A program made the position numbers and the translations under genes. Below the pieces are notes generated by a model. It was not told the origin of the DNA, searched no databases, and saw only the letters and a program-made list of their open reading frames with translations. Shown here in pieces: positions 53,627-64,000 of a stretch of 64,000 nucleotides of DNA; the stretch's first letter is position 1; every line of letters begins with the position of its first letter. Source of the stretch: Lytechinus pictus. Taxonomy: Eukaryota. Location: NCBI RefSeq assembly GCF_037042905.1, contig NC_087259.1:16802001-16866000 (forward strand), read 5' to 3'.

Positions 53627-54219
53627 AGGTCAAGTCCATCCCAGAAAATTTTTGATTTGAATAAATAGAGAAAAATCAAACTAGCATAACACTGAAAATT
53701 TCATCAAAATCGGATGTAAAATAAGAAAGTTATGACATTTTAAAGTTTTGCTTCTTTTTCACAAAACAGTGATATGCACAACTCAAATGAGACTGTCTAT
53801 GACGTCCTTCACTCACAATTTCTTTTGTTTTTTATTGTTTGAATTATACAATATTTCATTTTTTATAGATTTGACAATAAGGACCAACTTGACTGAATCC
53901 TATAGTATTAAACAATGCCCATTCCACATGTTCAGGGAGGAATTAATCGTTGTTTCACTTGACAAGGAGGAGAAAATTAGGATATTCCCTATTTTATATA
54001 ATAAAATACAAAAGAAATAGTGAGTGGATGACGTCATCAGTCTCCTCATTTGCATGCCCAACAGGATGTGCATATAACTGTTTTGTGAAATTAAGCAAAA
54101 CTTTAAAATGTCATAACTTTCTTATTTTACATCCGATTTTGATGAAATTTTCAGTGTTATGTTTGTTAGATTTTTCTCTTTTTATTCAAATCAACTTTTT
54201 GCTGGGGTGGACTTGTCCT
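53627..54219. mobile_element. TTAA-type (Kolobok-like) MITE
   Basis: TTAA|AGGTCAAGTCCA...TGGACTTGTCCT|TTAA; long TIRs. Confidence 0.82.
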
Positions 54220-54223
54220 TTAA

Positions 54224-55746
54224 GGAAAAATATGTCTTGAACGCATAATCATTATACAGTGCGTATCAAAAAAAAGTTTACACTTTGAAAAAGCCATGGG
54301 AATTAAAAAATATACAACATGTGGGTAATTTTTTCACATATATTCTTGGGTTTGGGTCTCATCTATCCAATGAAAGTAAAGGTTTTGACAGAATGTTACA
54401 CTTGAGTAAGCACTGTCCATTTTTGTAAAGCTCGCAGAAATCTGTTTGCGCAGAAATGCTCGTTTTCACGCTGTGTCAAGGGGAAAGGGCGAAATCAAAC
54501 TTACCCTGCGAACATTTCTCATACATTTTCCTTGCACTTTTAGTCAATTGAAATAAAACGGATACATTCAAGCATTTTGTTACGATTTTGCCACCCAAAT
54601 TGAAATTTCAACACTTAGTCAGCAATACCTTTACCCTTTTTGTGCCAGCTGGATCTGAGGACATAACTGAATCTGAACAAAAGTTTATATCAGACATTTC
54701 CAGCAATTTTTCACTAAGTTTTTATCATTTAGAGTGGGTTTACATTTCGTTTTTCATTTAATAATTGTTTCTCCACACTTTTTCCAAGCTTGACAATGAT
54801 TAACAAAATGAAAATTAAGCCTTAGCCATTTCATGTAAATCACAGCTCAGTGTAAAGCAAATATCGTCACGATGGCCTCGTTGTGTGGGGGAGTGCGGTG
54901 GGGCGCAATGCACTCCAAAGTGTTTTGGGCAAGGACACAAATTTAAAAAGGTAAAAGATATCTTCAAATCAATTTTACTAGCTAAATTCCACGTGTTCTT
55001 CATAAGGTCTACTTTTATTCGCATAACTATTTCAAAGTTCTGCACAAATCATTTTCACTAACTTTTCAAAAGTTAGTGGTGCTCACTCAAGCGGAAATTT
55101 TTTTCGACAATTATATCGTCATTTGCTTAAATGGGTCTGTACCAATGTTAAAATGTGGAAAAATCTTCAGGATATTACAAATGTATAATTTTACAGGATT
55201 TTTTCTCAGTGTAAACTTATTTTGATACGCACTGTATATATGGCTGGAAAAAGTATCTTCTCCCAAATGATTTGATACCATATTTATGTGGTATGTCTTC
55301 ATGTTTGGACAATCGGTAGGTATATTCTTTGCAGTGATGTAAATTTTGATTTGTGCCAAAGTAAGGCATGACTGCAATGAATGAAGCCAGATGCCAATGA
55401 TGTTGAATACTACATGAGTTAGTAAACGTATTTGCAAACCCCTTTTCAATGAAGTTAAATTGAGAAATCATACTAAAAGGTGTTTACTAAACAATTATGA
55501 ACTGTTGAGAAGGTGTTTTAAAATGGATCTTAATGCAACCCTTGTGGGATTATGACATTATTGATATCTGGAAGCATTCATTGCAGTCATGCCTTACTTT
55601 GCCGCAAATCAAAATTTAAATGGCTGCACGGAATATCACCTGATCATTCAAGCGTCAACACATACCACATGAATATAGTTTCAAATTATTTGGGAGCAAT
55701 ACTCTTTCAGGCCATATAATAATTGTGTTCATGACATATTTTTTCC
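54224..55746. mobile_element. TTAA-flanked palindromic MITE (GG...CC termini) interrupted by a Tc1/mariner-like MITE
   Basis: TTAA|GGAAAAATATGTC...GACATATTTTTTCC|TTAA; internal inverted arms 55240-55390 vs 55575-55715. Confidence 0.7.
54257..55234 (-). mobile_element. Tc1/mariner-like non-autonomous element, inverted copy of 42926-43921
   Basis: Reverse-complement similarity along ~1 kb; TA flanks. Confidence 0.82.
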
Positions 55747-57357
55747 TTAAATTTGGGATTTGTGAGGTGTCAAGTTTGTTTGTCTTTTTGTTTTGCCTAT
55801 TTTACTCACACGGTAGAAACAAAAACAACAAAAATGAAGAAAGGAAAACGATAACAAAAGATGTGACATGATAATATTGTAGTAAATTTTTTTATGAATG
55901 GAGGCGGACTCGAATGATTAATCAATAGGAGAAGGGAGGCTCATTGGAGTCTACTATTGCTTTAAAAATTCAATGATGAGCCAAAAATATCATCACCCCC
56001 CCCCCCGACACCTTGGAGGGCCCCTAAATTTGTACACACTTTTCTATTGTAATGTCTATTTTCAAGATTTTCCCATTTTTCCTCATTACGAGCTCAGACT
56101 ATCAGGTAGATTTTTTTTAACTCTGACTTGGTCCAAAATAAACTGAAGGCTTTTCAAAGAAATATTCTTTGTCAAAAGCCTTGTTATGATAAATTGGGGA
56201 ACCAATATGAATAACACGGATTTTATATTTTTTTTAATATGTTTTTTTTTTGCAATACAGCACCAAATTTTGAAGATGCTCGTACAATGAATTAATGCAT
56301 GCCTAAGATACATGAAAAAGATGTGTGTGTGTGTGTGTATCTGTTTTTTTTTATGTGTCGCCTTCACATTATTATCATTCTAATGTATAAGTATTTCAGT
56401 GTATTCTTGCCTTCTTATTGTAATTCAAATTTGAATATACAGCCGTTAAAATTAATTGAATGATTACATGTATATGTACCCTTTTGCATCCTCAACTCAT
56501 GTATATGTAGGTTGATAATATTCTTGTGTATTTGTGTTAAATCGCCAATATTTTGTTAAGCGCTTTTGAAACATTTTTTGTCAAGCGCTCTAGAAATGAG
56601 ATTTATTTTTTCATTATTATCATGATGATTATTGTTTTTATTATTTAGTATTATTATCAGTTGTTGCTGTTCTTGATATTGTTATTCTTGTATTATCATT
56701 ATAAGGCCTATAACAACTATTTTTTCTGATAACACATCTTTATAATATTATACCGGTATGTATAATGAACAATATAAAATGAAATAAAAACAAATTATAA
56801 AGACAGGCACATAGGCAAGAATATCCGGAATATGATCACATACCTGCAATAGTTCCAGTCGAACGAAGTGACAGCTTTATTTTGGCTGGTAGGAAAAACA
56901 ATGCCTCGCATTTATCAAAATTGCATTATTCATTTTACTCTCGAGACAAATAAAAATTGATAAGATGACTAAAAAACCATATAGGGACGTAGTAGTATAA
57001 TGGTACTGCGTATTTGCTGAGCTTTTAATAATACAACATACAAAATAGGCCTGGTATATTATGATCAGAAGATATATGTCTAGGGGTTTGCTATCATATT
57101 TCATTCCCAACCGACAGAAAAATACACGTTACTTAACTTTATTCACATTCACTAATATTAACATGTATTACTTTCTTTAGAGAATAACGTCAGCAAACAA
57201 CAAATAAGAAAATATTGCTTACAATAGCACAAGCATGTGTGTATGCCCATACACATTCAACTCATTAAAAATGCAATTCAATTCGAAGAGTGGGGCTCTA
57301 CTTCAGCAGTGAGGGCTACAGGGATTGTTATAGGCTCAAGAGAAGAAAAGTATTTTA

Positions 57358-58358
57358 AACAAGTGGAATGCCTCTGGCCGTCTCACCTGCATCACGCGAT
57401 TCAATATAGCAGCAGTGCTGATTTTGAAAACTACTATAACTCGCACAAGATGTTCAGTGATACTTGGTTACTCTTATTTCCACGTTTTATGAACTAGACC
57501 AATACACTTATAGAGATATGATGGCAATTCAACAAATACCCCCAACGTGGCCAAAGTTCTTTTACCTTACATGACCTTTGACCTTGATCATGTGACCTGA
57601 AACTCGCACAGGATGTTCAGTGATACTTGATTACTATCATGTCCAAGTTTTATGAACTAGACCAACACACTTTCAAATTTATGGCTGTAATTCAACAAAT
57701 ACCCCAATTTGGCCAAAGTTCATTGACCCTAAATGACCTTTGACCTTGATCATGTGACCTGAAACTTGCACAGGATGTTCAGTAATACTTGATTACTATT
57801 ATGTCCAAGTTTCATGAATCAGATCCATAAACTTTCAAAGTTATGATGGTAATTCAACAGATACCCCCAATTCGGCCAAAGTTCATTGACCCTAAATGAC
57901 CTTTGACCTTGGTCTTGTGATGTGAAACTCATGCAGGATGTTCAGTGATACTTGATTAACCTTATGTATAAGTTTCATGAACTAGGTCCATATATTTTCT
58001 AAGTTATGATGACATTTCAAAAACTTAACCTTAGGTTAAGATTTTGATGTTGATTCCCCCAACATGGTCTAAGTTCATTGACCCTAAATGACCTTTGACC
58101 TTGGTCATGTGACATGAAACTCAGGCAGGATGTTCAGTAATACTTTATTAACCTTATGGCCAAGTTTCATGAACTAGGTCCATATACTTTCTAAGTTATG
58201 CTGTCATTTCAAAAACTTAACCTCAGGTTAAGATTTGGTGTTGACGCCGCCGTCGCCGTCGCCGTCGCCGCCGCCGCCGCCGTCGCCGCCGCCGCCGCCG
58301 TCGCCGTCGGAAAAGCGGCGCCTATAGTCTCACTCTGCTATGCAGGTGAGACAAAAAA
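57358..58358 (-). mobile_element. Helentron-associated non-autonomous element (HINE/DINE-1-type) with internal ~163-bp tandem repeats
   Basis: 13-bp subterminal inverted repeats GTCTCACCTGCAT (57380-57392) / ATGCAGGTGAGAC (58340-58352), adjacent partial IR, (GCC/GTC)n microsatellite, and core repeats recurring at 57449, 57612, 57774, 57937, 58129. Confidence 0.82.
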
Positions 58359-58831
58359 CACCTGAGAAGATACCCCAAAAAGTAAACAATACGATACAAA
58401 TAAATACAATAAAAGTGGGGCACATAACATAGGGGATCCTACAAAGCTATTTAATTTTATGTTTGGCAAATTCTTTTTAAGGGTTTTTAATTAATAACAA
58501 CAAAAATGATGTTATTGTCCACGGAAACACAAAGAGAGGTGTCATATAGGCCTATATCTGTCCAAAGTCTTGTGGCAAGCAATAAAAAATTTCATCAAGG
58601 GTCCAGGTGCGGGGCCCAGTTCGCCTATCTCTTGTAAATTATAAACACTTAAAGATTGTCCGGTGTATCCCCCCCCCCCCCCCCATCCGCCAATGCACCT
58701 TCTTTCAAAATACCCTGGCGGCTAGCTGGCGCCACTTTCGTTTTCGAAACTCTGCTCCTCATATTCTACAGAGACATTGAAATAGCGATTGTCATGATTT
58801 TCTGTCTTCTATCTCCACAGTTTGGCAAATC

Positions 58832-61800
58832 ATGGGACCAGCAAAGAGGGTAGCCGTGGTGGGTGCTGGGGTAAGCGGTCTGGTTTCGGTCAAAGCATGC
58901 CTTGAAGAGGGACTGGAACCCGTGTGCTATGAACGGAACGATGAGATAGGTAAGTGACTCGGTATCAATACCAGAGGAGCATTTCGTTAAAAAAAAAATT
59001 GTCTGAATTCAGGCATCTCTTTGATTCGCTGAGAAGCGCAGTACCTCCGGCGGGACTTCCGGTAACTGTCGGATCAAACAATCACTGTCTGATAAAACAT
59101 CCGACACGTCCTTCCCCGATCTAACAACTCTCCTTAATTTTGATTGGCTGAGAAGTGACCGTCGGATCAAACAGAGACAGAAAGTTTCTCTCCATCCCTT
59201 TTGTGAATCATCAGTGGTTTCCTTTTGGTCAGGACATACTGTTGACTGCCAACACGCTTCTTGATGGAGTTTGCTAATGAGAAATCTGTGCCATGATTAA
59301 CTGAAATCTTAAAGTGTCTTCACAAGAGTTGATTTCCGGCGCTACGGAAGAGAGCACATGATTGTGTGCCCCATTCCAAAAGGTCCTCGATAGAGTCACC
59401 GACCAAAGAGGTTCACTGATGATAATCATGCCATCCATCCCCCAAAACAGTTATGGAATATGAAGGGAAGTCCTCTTAATCACTAATTGTAATCAGCATG
59501 TTTGATACCATGGCCAATGGTCTTGATCAACCATAACGTATCGCCAATATGTGCGCTATTTACTTTTGCAGGGCTATGGACCACACAATGTTGATTGATA
59601 AACCTGATCACGATTATTGATTGGGCTATCATTCCAATGATAACTATGTGACTTTTTCCCTGCCGTCAGCTCTACTTATAATAACATCCCCGTGGGGTTC
59701 CACAGGGCACGAAACTGGGCCGATCATATTTCTCGTCATGTTGTCTACTCCACGGAGAATCAGTTTTTGTTTGTTTGATTGATTCAATACATATACATAC
59801 TAGACGTATTACTCAGTTTCTTTTACAAATTTCTGTAAAATGGGACTGACCCACAAACCACAAATATAGACTGCTCAATAGAAATTCCATCAACCGGATA
59901 CTAATTCGCCTTATGATACATTGTTTATAGGGAAATTAAATGGTTATTCTTCGGTTATTTTTTCCCCGACCAAGTTAACTTCACCTTTCTTGGAGCAATG
60001 TATAAATGACGGTTACTTTTAATTTTAGTTTACACATCATTTAGACTAGATCATTTTCGATGTGGAATATAAAACAAATAATCACATTTTGTGGTTTAAT
60101 TCATGAAAAAAAATCACTTTCTCGGCGAAATAAGGTAGAAGATATATTTCTTAATCTCTGCTTCGAAAAAAAATGTCATTATAGTCAATCGATCCCTCTC
60201 ATCCATCACATCCTCTATCTCTATCTCTCATCTCTCAAGTTCCACATCTCCACTCTTTCACTTTACTGTTTCGTTTTCTCTTTCTCCTTTTTCACATGAT
60301 TTCTCTCTAAATAACAGGTGGAATATGGGTATATCGTGATACAAATCCAAACGGGCAGTCCGATGCGGCCATCTACGAAGGTTTGGTCACCAACTCGAGC
60401 AAAGAGATGATGTGCTTCAGTGATTTCCCGTTCCCGCGGGACTGGGCACCCTACATCCAAGGTCGACAACTCAACGAGTATTACCACGCCTACGCTGAAA
60501 GATTTGATCTCAACAGACATATACATCTTAATACCGAGGTAAGAAGTGGTTGTCTTGTCTACTGTTACAAAGAATTTAGAACAGATCAGAAGGCAAAGGG
60601 TTTATATCCCTGCTCAGCACTTTCACTCTGCGGCAAGACGTTAATCTACAGAGCTACTGCATTGCTACCCAGGGGTTTAAAGTTAGAAGAAACCGTTAAT
60701 ATAGCGTGTTTTAATAGTACATTATTAGTCTATTGAAATTAATGACACCTTCCACCTTTCATTACATCTACAAAATGACACTCCATTAATGCTGCTGCTG
60801 CTGCAGGAGCTGCCAATAACTTGTGCAAGGCGTAAACTACATCGTCACATTTTTGTACCTACTTATCATACTACCAAGCATCAATCATTTATATTGATTA
60901 CTTTTACAGGTTTTGTGTGTCGAGAAGACTAAGGATCACGAAACGACGGGCCAGTGGTCTGTATTGGTCCGGAACCAGGATGGGACAGAGAGCGAGTCTG
61001 TCTTCGATGCTGTCATGGTGTGTACGAGTATCTTCAACAAGCCATTCGTTCCGTCATACCCTGGAATGGACGTCTTCAAAGGAGAGATCTGCCACAGTCA
61101 ACAGTTCCGTAAAGGAGAAAACTTCAAAGACAAGACAGTTCTTGCTGTTGGTATGGCCACCTTTCATTCCATCTTATTAAAAAGTCTCCTATTGCTTCTT
61201 GTCATTTTTATTGGAGTTGAAGATTGTAATCTTTACTTTTTATTTGTTACACTCCTCCTATTGCTCCATTGTTATAGCTACTGTCAGATTGGTTTCTATG
61301 TGATGCGGTCTATACACAAAGTTTCAGATGCTCAACTTTGGATACAGGGCATGAATAAAAGTATTGCATGTGAATGCTATATAAATGTACATCTTTCAAC
61401 CTATGGGTCCAGATCAACTCAGCACTTCGGATAACTCGGCCTCATTGAAAAATCAGGTGCCGAGTTGTCCATCATACAACTTATTATCACTATCCCTACG
61501 CTAATACTGAAACTAAAATACAACAAAACAATTTAATTCATAGTAGAAAACGCTGCAATTAATTTGCATTACATATTCGTAAACATAATAGTGATCCGAT
61601 ATTGTACGACTCAGCACCTAATTTTTTGCGGGGCCGAGTTGTCCATAGTGGTTCCGAGTTAGCTGTCACCCATATATACAGACCATTGCCAAATGAATAC
61701 GTGAAGTCATATGTTCACTTTTCGTATCATACATGTATGTCATATGACTGGAAGATTGGTCAGTGGGTGTTAAAGTGCGTAGGGTAAGGTGTCCATGTGC

Positions 61801-63762
61801 ATTTCAAATGAAAACAGAGCTCTGTGTATAAGAAATTCTAATGAATAATATTCACAAATCGTTGTTTCGTTTTCCCTGTGAAGGTGGTTCCCATTCAGCA
61901 GGAGACATGGCTGTCAATTCCAGTCGATTCGCAAAACAGGTGAGGAAAGGAAATTATATTTTATTTTCGGAGTAAGCTTATGAATATCACTCTTACAATA
62001 TTGACATATCTGGAAAACTCACTGTCATGCTTTTCAGTGGTTCTGCTTCATTAGTTTGTCATATACAAAGCTGAAAAATATACCACTTAAAATGGTTCGA
62101 ATTTTCATTATCATTAAAGTTAGCTCCCAAAAAAATTTAATCTGTGGTCCTTTAGTATGTCCCTTGCTGAAATCTAAAGGTGGACTGTGATCTAATCTCA
62201 TTTTGATCATGTTTTATCAATTTATCACGCGGAGCTGCAAAAAACATACAACTAAAAAGGGTTCAAACTTTAATCATCAGATTATCTACCAAAAATATTC
62301 AACCTATGTCACTGTAGTCTTTATTTTTCTGAAACTTAGAATTTGACAGGGGTCTAATCTTTCTATTGAACGTCACATTCCATGTCAGGTATACCTCAGC
62401 ACACGTACAGGAACCTGGTTGATGAACCGGATGCAGTCAGATGGTATGCCTCGTGATATGACCATCCACCGTCGCTACATGACCCATGTTCCCGTGAGCT
62501 GGAAGTTGAAGAGATTCGAACAGGAGAGTATTACCAGGGTGGACCCATCGCTCATTGGTATCAAGAGTTCCAAGCGATATGGTACCACGACGGTCATGAT
62601 CAACGATGATCTAGGCACGATGGTCCTCAATGGCAAAGTTAAGGTAAGAAGAGTTCACCCTTGGATACGGCAAGTCCAACACTTATGAGGCGTTACAAGA
62701 AGTTGCAATCAATTGCAAGTCAATTTGGGGTCTAAAGAATCAATGAAAAGTCGGTCAAATAATTGCTAATTTACAATTGATTGCTTAACTGGTTCCTGCA
62801 ACAAGCAGCTAGAATAAATTGGTTCAAGTTAAATTGGTATCAGTTGGAAATTGACATCAGAAATTTGCAACTGATTGCAAATATTTTTCTGCAACACCCC
62901 ATCCCCCTAGGTCGTGTAAATTGCGGTGATCACGATCAAGGAGAAATGATCCTTGGTGAAAACCACACTTTGTCCACTAAATGCGGTCTCCGAAATGGTC
63001 CCATTCAACGATCAACGATTGTCTAGGAACCAGTCATCAAGCAAGAGAAAGATCACGATAAGATTGGTTTTCCCCTAACAAGTGTAGTTATCCCACTGCT
63101 GCCACCATTTATATTTAGAGTATATGAATAATCTAGAATAGTATGTTAAATGCCTTGACCAGTTATTGATGACCTCCGATTCACAGTCCCTAAAGAATGG
63201 TCAAAATAAGATTTTAAGTCCAAACCAAGTCCAGCCTCTACAGCCGTCGCCACCATGTTCAACTTTGTGTTTCTGAATAAACTAAAATATGGTAAAAACC
63301 AGTTAGGTCATGATCAACCATAATAGCTCTAGATAATAGTGTCAAGGACAGAACAGTTCACCATAACAAGGGCTATGTTACTTTTTCTAAAGTCCATCGA
63401 GGTCTAATCTCAATGAACACTGATGATGAATGAACCATGGTCTTCAGTTGGTACGTAATTGAGTAAGGTTTACAGTATGATATTGCAAGTTAATCTATCA
63501 AACCGTTCCAACTAGGTTGTCCTAATTTTTTTATTCAAGATAAAGATGATATGGCGATGTCACTTTGTCTTATTCCTATATCTTTCAGTCCATTTCCTTT
63601 TCCTTTTCATTGTTTGAAATCAGACGAAGCCTGGAATAGATCACTTTACTGAGACAGGGGTTGTGTTCAAAGATGGCTCAACCATTGAAAATCTGGACGC
63701 TGTCGTCTTCGCAACTGGATTCCAAATATGCAATCCGTTCATCAGTTCTGATATCATACCAG
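58832..63762 (+). CDS. fmo: Flavin-containing monooxygenase paralog B, 3'-incomplete at the window end; exons 58832-58949, 60318-60538, 60910-61150, 61884-61939, 62389-62643, 63624-63762
   Basis: [29 protein letters not shown] and FATGF motifs; phase-consistent GT-AG introns; remaining exons expected beyond 64000. Confidence 0.92.
59210..59740 (+). pseudogene. Decayed LINE reverse-transcriptase fragment in FMO-B intron
   Basis: 59691-59740 reads [15 protein letters not shown] (RT motif) with a frameshift. Confidence 0.55.
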
Positions 63763-64000
63763 GTGGGTTATGAATGATATATTTCTCAACTGCATCAGAG
63801 TAGATGCATGTTAGTATATATGACTTAAAATGGGCTAAAAGTTAGAAAAATAATAATTGACTCAATCCTAGCTGTCACTAAATTTGCCCAATCTTGAGTC
63901 ACTACATGTCTGAAGAAAAAGACGATTGAACTAAGAAGTTTGGGTAAACTTGTATGGGTAGAACATTGAATAGCAGCGACAAACCTGATAAGAGCTAGTC

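Overview
AT-rich, intron- and transposon-rich animal genomic DNA. It is most likely echinoderm (sea urchin-like), inferred from the DEATH-NACHT-LRR architecture, tandem FMOs and repeat types. There is one assembly gap (N, 3856-4156). Four + strand genes can be reconstructed by hand with phase-consistent GT-AG splice sites: (1) a 119-aa secreted Ly6/uPAR three-finger protein with 12 Cys and no GPI tail, missed by the ORF track because its exons lie at 2540, 4188 and 16970; (2) an 11-exon, ~956-aa DEATH-NACHT-LRR (NLR) gene whose acidic C-terminal tail is truncated by a CACT-type MITE inserted in the last exon; (3) a complete 530-aa flavin-containing monooxygenase (FMO); (4) a second FMO paralog that runs off the window end, has two shifted intron positions, and has a perfect GCM site plus a GATA site upstream. 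The most unusual structure lies in the 12.6-kb intron of the three-finger gene. It is a head-to-tail dimer of an unclassified element: two units (1.5 kb and 6.6 kb) with near-identical 739-bp and 286-bp ends, apparently unrelated interiors, and TTATA at both outer ends and the junction. It has E2F/CRE motifs and a possible spliced antisense transcript. The same intron also holds a three-level SINE/TIR/TIR nest. Many other MITEs, LINE fragments, SINEs, a Helentron-type (HINE) element and a 36-bp minisatellite are present. All calls come from reading the sequence only; no database searches were run.
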